Positions 12,374 to 24,702 of a stretch of 64,000 nt of DNA are shown here, in pieces. Positions within the stretch are counted from its first letter, which is position 1, and each line of letters starts with the position of its first letter. Below the pieces are notes generated by a model. It searched no databases. It saw only the letters and a list, made by a program, of their open reading frames with translations, and was not told where the DNA came from. The DNA comes from Macrostomum lignano. Lineage: Eukaryota. The position numbers and the translations under genes were made by a program. The stretch is from positions 31,127 through 95,126 of the forward strand of contig NIVC01002009.1 in NCBI GenBank assembly GCA_002269645.1. The letters are read 5' to 3'.

Positions 12374-15300
12374 ATGAATCGCTACCAGACCCTTAAGCAG
12401 CTGGGCGATGGCACCTACGGCTCTGTGCTGCTCGGCACCCTCACCGAGACCAGCGAGAAGGTGGCCATCAAAAAGATGAAGAAGAAGTTCTACAACTGGG
12501 ACGAGTGCCTGAATCTTCGCGAAGTGAAGTCCCTTCGCCGGCTGAACCACCCCAACATTGTCCGCCTCAAGGAGGTGGTCCGCGAGAACGACTACCTGTA
12601 CCTGATATTCGAGTACATGCAGGAGAATCTGTACGAGGTGATGAAGAAGCGGACTAAGCTGTTCCCAGAGGAGGTGGTGCGCAACATCGTCTGGCAGTGC
12701 ACGGACGGCCTGGCCTACATGCACCGGATGGGCTTCTTCCACCGCGACTTGAAGCCGGAGAACATCCTGTGCAATCCGGACCATCACATCAAGCTGGCGG
12801 ACTTCGGCCTGGCCAGGGAGATCCGGTCCAAGCCGCCCTACACGGACTACGTGGCCACCCGCTGGTACCGCGCGCCGGAGATCCTGCTCCGCTCCACCTC
12901 CTACAACTCGCCTATTGACGTGTTCGCCATGGGCTGCATCATGGCTGAGCTGTACACCTTCAGGCCGCTGTTCCCCGGCAGCTCGGAGATCGACATGATC
13001 TTCAAGATCTGCTCGGTGCTCGGGACGCCTCGCAACGACGATTGGCCTGAAGGCTTCCAACTGGCGGCCGCTATGAACTTCAAATTCCCGCAGTGCATCG
13101 CCACGCAGCTGTCCTCGCTGATTCCCAACGCGTCAACCGACGGCATCGCCATCATGCTGGACATGCTGGCCTGGAACCCCAAGCACCGGCCCAATGCCAA
13201 GGACGCGCTGAAGCATGCCTACTTTGCGGCCAGCAGTCAGCGGCTGCAGCCCAATGCCGCTAGCGCCAGGAGGCAGCCGTTTAATAATAGGAGCAATGGA
13301 CAGGTAAATAGGAGCTTATCGCCTGCTTTAGTTAGATTTTCTAAACATATCGGCAGTTCATTCTTATTCAATTTAGTGATGGTTTTTACTTTTTGAAAAT
13401 GCTTCAGACACTGCTTATTTTAAAGATGGGTTTTGGGATTAAGGTTACGAGAGTTCTTAGGGATGGGAATTAAAAATCCAAATCTTAGTGATAAGAATTT
13501 AAAGCCCAATTTTAGGGATAGGAATTTAAGATCCCAATCTGAGGGATGGGAATTCGGGATCCCAATCTGAGGGATGGGAATTTGAGATCCCAGTCTGAGG
13601 GATGGGAATTTGAGATCCCAATCTGAGGGATGGGAATTTGAGATCCCAATCTTAGGGATGAGAATTTGAGATCCCAATCTTAGGGATGCTAGTTTGCGAT
13701 CTCAATGTTTGTTCAGTCTGTTGTTATGCTTTTAATTAAGCTGGTAGTCTATCTACCTGTACTGCAACTTTCAGGTACCGATCGCTGAAGTGTCGCCCCT
13801 GCAGCAGCAACAGCAGCAGCAGCTGGTGCAGCAGCGCCAGGAATCCGTGACCGTCCCCGTGCCGGGCGCCAAGTCCAGCCGGAACCGCTGGGCCGGCGGC
13901 GGCCAAGGCCCGGACGCCAAGGACAGCTTCGACCAGCTCATGGACGACTTCGATCTGAGCTACAGCAGCAAGCCAAAGATGGCCAGGCAGCACCAGCAGC
14001 CGCTGCCCGGGCTGTCCCGGCCGCAGCAGCCAGCTGCCAAGGCGTTCCCGGCTCCGCCCGCCGCTAACCGGCAGGGCGCCACCGACAGCTGGATGGATGC
14101 CGACGAGGATTTCAGCAGCTTCTTGGGTCGGCCAGCGCAGCCGCCGCAGCAGCAGCAGCAGCCGGCAAGGGGGCACCAGGCCTCGTATCTTGGCGGCGGC
14201 AACCGCGCCCACGGAGGCAACCCCGGCATTGGCGGCGCCAATCGGCGAGAGAGCATCGATATTGACGACATCCTGGGCTCGAATCTGCTAGGCGGACCGA
14301 CCAGCGGCAAACGGGTGCAGCCACAGGTTGGTCTTTGTTGTGCTTAGATGGAGAGTTTGCTACTGCTGTCCTAGATTATTTCATCTTTGTTGGGGTAGCC
14401 ATCCTCCCAGAGCCTCAGTTCCAGTTGCTAAGATCCTCAGTTGCTGAGCCGCCACTTTCCCAAATCGTGGTGCCACTTGCAATCCTCCCACCTCCCCTAA
14501 GCTGAACGTCTAAATCCCCCGAACCGCATCCCCAAATCCCCTAAACCGCATCCCCAAATCCTCAAACCGCATCCCCAAATCCCCTAAACCGCATCCCCAA
14601 ATCCCAAACCGTATCCCCAAATAATCTAAACCGCATCCCCAAATCCCCTGAACCGCATCCCCAAATCCCCAAGCCGCATCCTCAAATCCTCTAAACCGCA
14701 TCCCCAAATCCCCAAACCGCACCCCAAATCCCCCAAACTGCATCCCCAAATCCCCCAAATCCCCCAAACCGCATCCCCAAATCCCCAAGCCGCATCCCCA
14801 AATCCCCAAGCCGCATCCCCAAATCCCCCAAACCGCATCCCCAAATCCCCAAGCCGCATCCCTAAATCCCCTAAACCGCATCCCCAAATCCCAAACCGCA
14901 TCCCCAAATCCCCAAGCCGCATCCCCAAATCCCCCAAACCGCATCCCCAAATCCCCAAGCCGCATCCCCAATTCCCCCAAACTGCATCCTCAAATCCCCA
15001 AGCCGCATCCCCAAATCCTTCAACGCAAATCCGCTCCCCCAATCGCAGATGTCCGGCAAGCCGGCCGGCTCCGACCTGCCCGCCATGGGCGGCCGCCGGG
15101 ACTCCGGGAAGCAGTCGGCGGGCTCGCTGTACAAATCGCGGTCCCGCTACCTGCCCGGCATCAACCCCAAGAGCATCGGCTCCAACGCGGCCGTCGATCC
15201 GTTCAGCATGGGCGGCGGCAGCTACGGCGCCGGCTACGGAGCTCAGCAGCAGCAGCCTGGCCGGGGCGGCGGCGGCCTCGGCGCACCCGCGGCAGCTCCG

Positions 15301-15474
15301 CCTGCGGCTGTCGGGCAGAAGCCTCTGGCTGGCGGCTACGTTCCGTCGACATTTGCGGGCGGCGGCACCGGTAAAGGCGGCGGCTACGGCGCTGGTGGTC
15401 GCGGAGGCGGCGGAGGCGGCGGCGGCGGCGCCAACATGCGAACTGACTGGGCGGCAAAGTACTTGAAGTCCTAA
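12374..15474 (+). CDS. MAK: MAK/ICK (CILK1)-family Ser/Thr kinase, 3 coding exons, ~635 aa
   Basis: Exons 12374-13303, 13775-14326 and 15049-15474, with all junctions phase 0 and GT-AG. Kinase motifs [26 protein letters not shown] and the TDY activation loop ([16 protein letters not shown]). The C-terminal RTDWAAKY is the MAK/ICK tail motif. Confidence 0.92.
13515..13690. repeat. 28-bp minisatellite in kinase intron 1
   Basis: gggatgggaatttgagatcccaatctga, about 6 copies. Confidence 0.9.
14510..15030. repeat. ~20-21-bp C-rich minisatellite in kinase intron 2
   Basis: ccgcatccccaaatccccaag units run up to the acceptor at 15048. Confidence 0.9.
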
Positions 15475-16519
15475 TTGAAATACGCGATCACCAAATGTGT
15501 CTGTTTTGCTTCTTTTTTATCTTGTTTGTGCATGTTCTCTTTCTGTTCTGCTGGATGATTGGTAGACTGAAAAGTCTGTTTTGAGTTCTTGTTTTGTGAG
15601 TTCGAGTCCCGGACCTTCAATCTGCGGCCGCTGATCTCTCAATTTTTATTGTGTTTTGACTTCTGTCTGTCTGTATCGGAGACTATCACTTGTTATTCTT
15701 GCAATTTGAGGCTTCTACTTTAAATATATTTATATATAATATTCATTGTCAACTTTAGTGCTGATATATATATTGTAGCAGAGAGTATATTTATTTTGCC
15801 GAATTTCTCAAATACTAATACCTGTCCTTATATTTCATTGCCTCTAACTTGAAGATTTGAAAGAGCAGAATTTTCCTTATATGTGTGAAGTATATACTTA
15901 GAGCTTCTCTCGGTTACTGATATTTAATTTACTCTTTAATTTACTCTAAGCGTAAAAGTCGCGTTTTTCTACTACTAGTAGGCCTGTTTGCATCGGCGAG
16001 AGTTTTTCTCTAAAGTATATGAATAATTTAGCAAGCTGTCGCAGCTGATGAGACAAAATGTAAATGCTGCGTGTTTTTCTCTATCTGACTTCACTTCAAT
16101 TATTGCTGTTGTTGATTTTTTGTCACCATAATTGTCTGGCACAATAGTACCCACCCCTTTGCGGTAATTTGTTAATAATCTTATTTTCCTTTTAACATAG
16201 AACAGTTTTTTTCAATATTTGCCTTTTTGCCTCGGATATTTTTTCTATACAAATTTTCATTTTATATTATCAAGCTTTAGACGGATACTAAAATAACTGG
16301 ATCTGTCACTCGCAACAAAACACTCAGCTACTCTTAGTAGCAAAATAAGCGTATTTAAAGTTTTTTAACTGCAACAATGGGCTCTGACTTTCTGCAAGCA
16401 GACGCGTTAAATTAGCATCTTAATCATGTTTTCCAGCTGCGCCGAAATCCACTGCGTGTGCATAGCAAGCAAAAGAGAAGTCCGATAAACAGTTGGGCTT
16501 TCCTCTTGCCCGCTTGTAT

Positions 16520-16740
16520 CTGTTCACGTCTATCCTTACTGCTCTCTCATTGGCTGGGCTAGATTGGGCCTGCCCCCCCCAGACTGAGTTTCGTCCGTCT
16601 GACTTTGGCATCTATCCTTACTGCTCTCTCATTGGCTGGGCTAGATTGGGCCTGCCCCCTAGGCTAAGTTTCGTCCGTCTGACTTTGGCCTCTCTCCTTA
16701 CTGCTCTCTCATTGGCTGGCTAGGCTGAGTTTCGTCCGTC
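16520..16740. repeat. ~80-bp tandem repeat, ~3 copies
   Basis: ccttactgctctctcattggctgggctagattgggcctgcccc...tttcgtccgtctgactttggc is repeated. Confidence 0.8.
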
Positions 16741-17449
16741 TTGCATTCACTTGAATATATTTTGTCTAAATTCTTGTTAAGAATTAAGAATCCCCATCTG
16801 CTCCCAAGGCCACAAACCCCGATTAAGGAAAAGAAATTTTACGTACTAACCCCGATTAAGGAAAAGAAATTTTACGTACTAAAAGTGACAATGCGCAGAC
16901 AAGCTACTGAAGAAAAGTAGACGACAACTTCAACTGCGAGTGGTATATCTAGTCATTCTGGAATCTGTGATGAATTCTAACTATTCAAAATATAATCCGT
17001 CCATACCTGTCCCGCCTCTGTACATTCCCGCCGACCGAATTGGGTCAAACGAGTTTTAAACTTTTTTTGTTTTTTTTTGATTGCGGATAAATTTCATTCC
17101 TTAACTATTCGGTTGTCCAATTCCGCAGCAACTGCATATCGATCCCTAAGTTCAGGTGTGACACCAGAAGCTGTATCACCTTTCCTCTGCTCTGACTTTC
17201 TACTCCCTTAAGTTAATTGTTTCGTTTTTTGAATAAAGAAAATTTTCTTGCATAATTCAAATGCGCGTTTGGGTGAAACTTCCTAATGGCGAATATTATA
17301 TTTAACTAATAAATAAATTTGCGGCAGATACTACTGAAGAGGCTCTTCTTAAGTAGATACAGATTTTTCTATGTTCTTACTCTTTCATAGTAATTATGTT
17401 ATTGCACTGTCATGCTATGTAAAGTAGATAAAATATACTCAATAATATA

Positions 17450-17900
17450 TGAGATTATCAGGCAAAGAAGATTATCTGGCTGAGATGGGAGATTATCAGT
17501 CTGAAATGGGAGATTATCAGTCTAGGATGGGAATATCAGTCTGAGATGGGAGATTATCAGTCTGAGATGAGAGATTATTAGGCTGAGAAAGGAGATTATG
17601 AGGCTGCAATGGGAGAATATCAGTTCGAGATAAGAGATTATCACTATGGGATTGAAGATAATGAGGCTGAGATAGGAAATCATCAGGTTGAGATGGGAGA
17701 TAATTAGTTTGAGATAGGAGGTTATCAGTCCGAGATGGGAGAGTATCAGTCTGGGATGGGAGATTATCAGGCTGAAATGGGAGATTATTAGGCTGAAAAG
17801 GGAGATTACCAGGCTGATAATCTGAGATGGGAGATTCTCAGTTTAGAGTATGGAGATTATCGAACCGAGATGCTTGGAATTCCGATTAGGAACTGAAATG
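17450..17900. repeat. 21-bp minisatellite (gagattatcagtctgagatgg)
   Basis: About 20 degenerate tandem copies, just upstream of the TFIIF acceptor. Confidence 0.85.
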
Positions 17901-17987
17901 GGAGTCTTAGATGCAGGCATAGGAAGATTACCTGGAATGCCACTGAATGCGGTGTACTAATGCTGTTGGCAACAATTCCGATTGCAG

Positions 17988-20900
17988 GCAAATCAGCAGC
18001 AGCAGCAGCCGCGCGGCATCGTGAGCTACCAGCCCGGCCCGCCCGCTGGCGCCCCCGGCGCGCCCGGCGTCACCCGCCTGCTGCTGCCGCGCGGCCTACC
18101 GGCATCAACGGCCGGCCAGATGATCCGCGTCTCGCCCGCATTGCCAGGCGCCGCCGCCACTGGCGCCTTCCCGGTTGCCATTCTGCCGCCTGGCGGTGGC
18201 GCCACCTCAGTTGCTGGTGTGCGGCCGCAGCTGCTGCAGCAGCAACAGCAAGTCATCCGGCTTGGCTCATCGCAGCAGCCGCAGTTCTACCAGCTGCAGA
18301 GAGCGACTGCTCAGCAGCAGCCTCAGCCAGCCGCTTCATCGTCTGTGCAGAGTCAGGCCCCGCCGCAGTACCAGTACCGCATTATCGTGCCTAGCAACAC
18401 CTCGCTAAGGCGGCTGAGCGTGCTGAGCTTCAGCAGCTCGCAGGTGCCGGATTTGTCCACCGCCACAGAGGCCAGCCTGCAGCGACTTGGCAGGTTCGGC
18501 CGCCTGCCCACCGCCGTTGCAGCGGCAGCCGCGGCAGCCGCTGAGGCCGAGAATCCCAGCCAGCAGCAGCGCCCGATGTACGGCGAGGGCAGCGCCTACA
18601 GACAGGCCGAACGGGACGAGGCCAAGAAGCGGAAACACGCCGGGGCGCTTCGGTGAGATCTGCGGGTGTCCGCTCGTCTGGCTGGGGTGTCCGCCGGTTT
18701 TAATGAGGTGTCCGTCTGCAGTGTTGGAGGGTGTCTGACTGCAGTGTTAGAGGGTGTCCGTCTGCATTGCTAAGAGAGTGTCCGTCTGCAGTGTTGGATG
18801 GGAGGGTGTCCGTCTGCAGTGTTGGATGGGAGGGTGTCCGTCTGCAGTGTTGGATGGGAGGGTGTCCGTCTGCAGTGTTGGAGGGGAGGGTATCCGTCTG
18901 CAGTGCTAAGAGGGTGTCCGTCTGCAGTGCTAAGAGGGTGTCCGTCTGCAGGGCTAAGAGAGTGTCCGTCTGCAGTGTTGGATGGGAGGGTGTCCGTCTG
19001 CAGTGCTAAGAGGGTGTCCGTCTGCAGTGCTAAGAGGGTGTCCGTCTGCAGGGCTAAGAGAGTGTCCGTCTGCAGTGTTGGATGGGAGGGTGTCCGTCTG
19101 CAGTGCTAAGAGGGTGTCCGTCTGCAGTGCTAAGAGGGTGTCCGTCTGCAGTGCTAAGAGGGTGTCCGTCTGCAGTGTTGGATGGGAGGGTGTCCGTCTG
19201 TAGTGCTAAGAGGGTGTCCGTCTGCAGTGCTAAGAGGGTGTCCGTCTGCAGTGTTGGAGGGTGTCCGTCTGCAGTGTTGGATGGGAGGGTGTCTGTCTGC
19301 AGTGTTGAATGGGAGGGTGTCCGTCGGCAGTGTTGGATGGGAGGGTGTCCGTCTGCAGTGCTAAGAGGGTGTCTTTCTGCAGTGTTGGAGGGTGTCCATC
19401 TGCAGTGTTGAGAAGGTGTCCGTCTGCAGTGTCCGTTTGCTTTTTTTAATTGTGTCTACGCTCGTATCTGTCCATCTTAAGTGTTTATCCGTATTTTATC
19501 TAACTGTCTGGGGTGTCCATCTCGATCCATGTATATTTTGGTCTATACCAGCCGCTGCCCTCGCCCCCGCCTTGCAGCCGGTTCAACCCCTTCAACCAGC
19601 CGATGCAGCTGTCCTTCACCGGATCAGGTCGCGATGCCGCCAAAAAGTTCAAAGGCTCGCGCGAGGGCGGCATCACGGCCAACGCCGCCTACTGGGTGTT
19701 CATGAAGAGCGAAGCCAACAACACCTTCGAGGCTCTGCCCGCGGACGACTTCTACAAGTTCGTGCCTGACGTGGCCTACCGGCACTTCAACTCGGAGGAG
19801 GCGGAGGAGGAGTTCAACAAGCGGGACAAGACGCTCAACAAGTACAACCTGATGCTGCGGCACCGTCTCAACGCCAAGGACGAGGGCGGAGGCGAGGAGA
19901 AGTCGGCTGGCGACAAGGACGGCGACGACGGCGAGGATCTAGACCGGGGAGACGGCGGCGGTGGCGGCGGCCGATCGTCGCGTCGGTCGCGTCTGCAGCT
20001 GACCGACATGGACGAATTCGGCGACGAGGCCGGCGATTCGGACGAAGCCGACGCTGACGATCGCGACGGGGGAACGGCGGCCACCTCGAAGTCCGGCGGC
20101 CGGAGCGCCGGCCCGGCCGCTTCGTCGTCAAAGAAAGGAGGCGCTGCCGGCGGTGGGCGCGGCAAGCGTCGGGCGCCGCGGTTCAAGCGCAAGCGAAAAG
20201 AGGGCCAGCCTGGCAGCGAGGACGAAGGCGGCGGCGAGCGTGACCCGGACGGCGAAGTCGAAGACGAGTCGGAGCTGGACGATCACGAGGGCGACGAGCT
20301 GGACTACCTGACCCACAGCAGCTCTGGCAGCGTGTCCGAGTCTGAGAAGGTGGACATCTACGAGGAGAAGGGCCTGGACCAGGAGGACGCCATGAAGGGC
20401 CTGCTGGTGTCCGACGAAGAGGAGAGCGAGACCGAGGGCGGTGCCGCCGCCGGTGCCGACGGTGAGAAAAACGGTGCCGAGAATGACGCGTCGACCAGCA
20501 AGAAGTCGGCGGCCGGGAGCAAGCCGAGCAAGTCTGTCGGCAAAGGCGCCGATGAGGATGACGGGGAAGACGGCGAGGACGAGGAGGACAGCGACAGAAG
20601 CGGCGGCGGCGGCGGCAGCGGCTCCGACGACTCCTCGGACAGAAAAACTTCCAAGAAGGAGAAAAAGCAGCAACATAAGAAAAAGAAGAAGCACAAGAAA
20701 GCTAAGCAGCCTTCCCCGGCTAAGGAGACGGAGAGGCGCGAGGCGCTGGTGAAGCGCATCAAGGAGAAGGCGCAGCTGGGTGGGGAGGCAGTCTCTGACG
20801 GGCCGCCAGCCAAGCGCCAGAAGACGTCGTCAGCTTCGGCTGGCCAGGCGGCCAACCTGATCGACGAGTCGTTGATTCGGCACTACCTGGGCAGGCGGCC

Positions 20901-21087
20901 GATGACGCTGGCCGAGCTGTCCAAGAAGCTGCGCAGCAAATATAAAAAGTACAAGGAGACCAACAAGTCGGTGCTGTGCCAGGCGCTGGCGGCCGCTCTG
21001 ACTGGCATGTTCGAGAGGCAGGCGATAAAGAAGACCACAGTGAATGCCGAGTGCACGTACTCGCTGAACCAGAGTGGCGGGCGCTGA
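17988..21087 (+). CDS. GTF2F1: General transcription factor IIF subunit 1 (RAP74/TFIIF alpha)
   Basis: Exons 17988-18652 and 19578-21087 (phase-2 junction cg|c). The RAP74 dimerisation region reads YRIIVP..., GEGSAYRQAERDEAKKRK, KKFKGSREGGITANAAYWVF, FEALPADDFYKFVP, SEEAEEEFNKR. An acidic linker follows, then a C-terminal winged helix (ESLIRHYLGRRPMTLAELSKK). The start codon or first exon was not identified. Confidence 0.92.
18660..19435. repeat. 21/24-bp minisatellite filling the TFIIF intron
   Basis: gggtgtccgtctgcagtgctaaga / ...gttggatggga units. Confidence 0.92.
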
Positions 21088-22107
21088 TTTTTTTAGTATA
21101 GTGGACTAGCGGATGCGCCCCCCTCTGAGGGACCGGCTGATGGCATTTCTGTGGCGTCTCTTTCTCCCGCCCCGTCACACTGATAGTTGTGGCATTCTCG
21201 CCGTTGCACTTTCACCTGTTCTGACCTATTCTGTAACTCCTTTACGCTCAGTTAAACAAGTTTTTTGCGCGCTAATTCAAAATTTGCTGTCTTAGAATAA
21301 TAAGCAGATGACTTTCTATCTTAGAAAGGTCAGTCAGGGGCAGACGCTGGCAATAGTCAGTCCAAGGACTACTCAAGTAGGACGGAAAACTACGTGCCTA
21401 CTGTACCGTGCCTAAAAATCATGAAAAGTTTTATGAATGTCAATAGAGCTATAAGAAGGCAAGACATATCAAAAGATGAAGATTAGGCCTTCCTTATATC
21501 GCAAGGAATGACAATTTTTGTGGTAAAAAATGGCAACCTATTATCTCGGTACAAGATTGGACGCAAAAAAATCTTTCACCGAGTGCATAACAACTGCTAA
21601 TATTAGTCTTCGTGATTGTTCTGCGTGTCCTGTAATTGCTGTCAGTCCTGTCAGTCCTGTGTTTAATAATATTCGGTAAATTCTGTTGCAACACCGCAGA
21701 TTTCTGTTAGGCTGAAGGCTTGACGCTTGTAAAATTTATTTTTCACCTCCATGTTTCCACACACTTCATCCAAGATGCTACTATTGCTACTAGACAGTTA
21801 GGTAGTGTGTTGATAATGTAAACAGGGTCTAATAATAGTTATTGTCTTTTCTTGCTTAACCTGTTTAATTATCCTGGCAAATACAACATACAAATATGCT
21901 TAGTAACAATGTATTAAAGGTGTTAGCTTACTGTATTTTAATTGGTCTACTGTGTTGCGTTCGTTCATTCCGTTGTTGGCAGTCTAAAGGTCAAAAGAGT
22001 TTGTAAATATTATTTTAACGCTTAAACCCGAACTAACTACTTCAATATTCCATTAGATAAGTAGTTTTGCAGCACATTGAAACTATTTTTATTCATGCCG
22101 GCCGCTG

Positions 22108-23450
22108 ATGTACCGCCTGTACAGACAGGTGCCAGTCGCGGGCCGCTACCTGCTGCTGTGCCTGTACCTGTGCCTGTGGGTGTTCGCCCTCTTCAACTAC
22201 AGCAGCAGGTGCCGCTACTCGCAGCCGGACGTCTTCATTGAAGACTGGCCAGCCGACGACTCAAGGCTGAAGTCGGGCCGCTGTTACCTGCGGCGGGACA
22301 GCCTCCAGCTGCAGCCAATAGATATGCATAATGCACCTGAGCTGCATCATCTAGAGACTGCTCTGGCTGGTCCCGAAGTTCCGGCACAGATGAGGTTGCG
22401 TCCTGGCGGAAGCTGGGCTCCATCAAACTGCACCCCACTGCAACACGTAGCCGTGATGGTGGCCTTCAGGAATCGGGACTTTCACTTGCGGCTGCTGCTG
22501 AACCGGCTGCATCGGATGCTGAGAAGGCAGCTGATCAAGTACACTGTGTTTGTGGTTGAGCAGGTGAGTAATGCGTTAAGCAGTAACTTGAGCAGTTGAG
22601 CAGGCAGTTAAGCAGTGAGTTGAGCAGTGAGCTGTGAATTGAGCAGGTGAGCAGGCAGTTGAGCACTGTGTTTCAGCACGTAAACAGACTTAAGCAGATA
22701 GAGGCAGCTTCTAAAATCTACCCAGCCTCTGTGCCCCATCACCCAGACCGGACCGGAGCCCTTCAACCGAGGCATGCTGATGAACGTTGGCGTGGTGGAG
22801 GCCCTGAAGCTGGCCAGCTTTGACTGCTTCATCTTCCACGATGTGGACATGATTCCCGAGCACGATCGGAATGTGTACCTGTGCGATGAGAACGCCAGGC
22901 ACCTGGCATCCGCCATTGACGAGATGCGGTATCACGTGATGTTCTACAACTACCTCGGCGCTGTGCTGGGTGAGTAGCTATGCCGATATGTATCGTTTGA
23001 CGTGTTGTTAGTAAGCGGGATTAAAACCAGTTCTCTTCCCATCGGTCGTGTGCAGCGATGAGCAGCAAGAACTTCTTCCGCATCAACGGCTTCTCCAACG
23101 TGTACTGGGGCTGGGGCAACGAGGACGACGACATCAGCGCCCGCACGATGGAGGCCGGCATGCTGGTGTCCCGTCCGCCGCCCACCCTCGGCCGCTACAA
23201 GATGGTGCGCCACCCCAAGGCCGTCCGCATCGAGAGCGGCAACGAGTACTTCATGGCCTGGCGGGCCAGGCACTATGAGGACGGGCTGAACGCGCTGAGC
23301 AGGGCCTCGTACTCAGTGCTGAGTCGCCAGGCGATGCCTTTGTACACAAACATCTCCGTGCGGCTGTCCCGCCAGCGGCATCGAATAACGCCCGAGTGGC
23401 TGTCCAACTCGGACTCCGTATGGTGGTTTCTGCGATTCTACTATCCATAG
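22108..23450 (+). CDS. GT7-family beta-1,4-galactosyltransferase-like, copy 1
   Basis: Exons 22108-22563, 22747-22969 and 23056-23450. Type II TM segment (YLLLCLYLCLWVFALF). Motifs VAFRNRDFHL, EQTGPEPFNRGMLMNVG, FIFHDVD, INGFSNVYWGWGNEDDD and MVRH. Confidence 0.9.
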
Positions 23451-23549
23451 GCCGCCCTTTTTGACCCTGTCGAGTTGAGCTTTTGGCGCAGCGGTCCAGC
23501 CAAGAGGCATTCGCTCTTAGCAACTGCATTAGCGCCCCAATCACGCGGG

Positions 23550-23730
23550 TGAGTCGCCCATCAGCCCCACCTGAGAATCGCCCATCAGCCTCACATGAGA
23601 ATCGCCCATCAGCCTCACATGAGAATCGCCCATCAGCCTCACCTGAGAATCGCCCATCAGCCTCACCTGAGAATCGCCCATCAGCCTCACATGTGAATCG
23701 CCCATCAGACCCATCTGAGAATCGCCTCTA
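23550..23730. repeat. 24-bp minisatellite
   Basis: gagaatcgcccatcagcctcacat units. A paralogous array lies at ~31165-31315. Confidence 0.85.
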
Positions 23731-24259
23731 AATTACTGATAAAATCTGTCTTAATCCACTCCAGAGAGTCCGAAACGGACCAACCGCAGTCAGCGCAACT
23801 CGCAGCCTGTATAGTCATAAAACTGAATGCTGAATTCTTTCACCGAGAGCTGCCCATATTGAAGTATTATTATATAAACCTACCTTTGATGTACTATAGC
23901 TCCAATTGCAATCGGAATTATATTCCATTTTTTGTTTCGCTCAGCTTTGACTCTCCAGTTAATGCGAGTAAGTAATATTATTGATTACTTATCCCTGGTG
24001 CTCGGTTCGTCAAATCGCAATATTATTTTAGGCTTTTCGCTTCCCTGAATTGGTAGTTTTTTCTATGTATTTTACTGCAATGTCGGCGCTATACTACTAT
24101 TAATAAATTAAATTGTTTAAATATAAATGATTTCTTGACGCTTCAATGTCATATTGATGTTCAGTTCACAGTTTTGTGAAATTACTCAGCTTATGTAATT
24201 GTTAAGTGAATTAAAAAAGCTTGCTTTGCTGGACATCGCTTCTTTGTTCATCGCTTATC

Positions 24260-24430
24260 GGGGGCGCAGATAAGGAGGGGGGTTGGGCGCAGATAAGGAG
24301 GGGGGTTGGGCGCAGATAAGGAGGGAGTTGGGCTTAGAAAAGGAGAGGGTTGGACCCAGATAAATATGGGGGTCGGGCGCAGATAAGGAGGGGGGTGGGC
24401 ACAGATAAGGAGGGGGTTGGGCGCAGATAA
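24260..24430. repeat. ~21-22-bp G-rich minisatellite (short allele)
   Basis: gggggttgggcgcagataagga, about 8 copies. Confidence 0.85.
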
Positions 24431-24702
24431 TGAGGGGTAAGAGCACAACTGAGGAAAGAGGGTAAAATTGAATAGCCAATCAGAAGTAAGAGGGAGAGAG
24501 AAAAGAAACAGATTGAACTGGACAGAGGGAAGCAGCAAATAGAGGGACGACCGGACGAGGCAGTTTAACTGAAGAGATGACCAGACGACTTAGAAAGTTG
24601 CGACATCCAGAGCCATTATGCTTCTGACGAATGCGCCTGGATCCGAAAACCACCCTGCAAAATGTCTCGCAGTTACTGTCATGCACATTTCGCTGACACT
24701 AA

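Noticed and set aside
15595-15640. tRNA B-box-like gttcgagtccc downstream of the kinase
   Set aside because: No A box or cloverleaf; too short to support a call.
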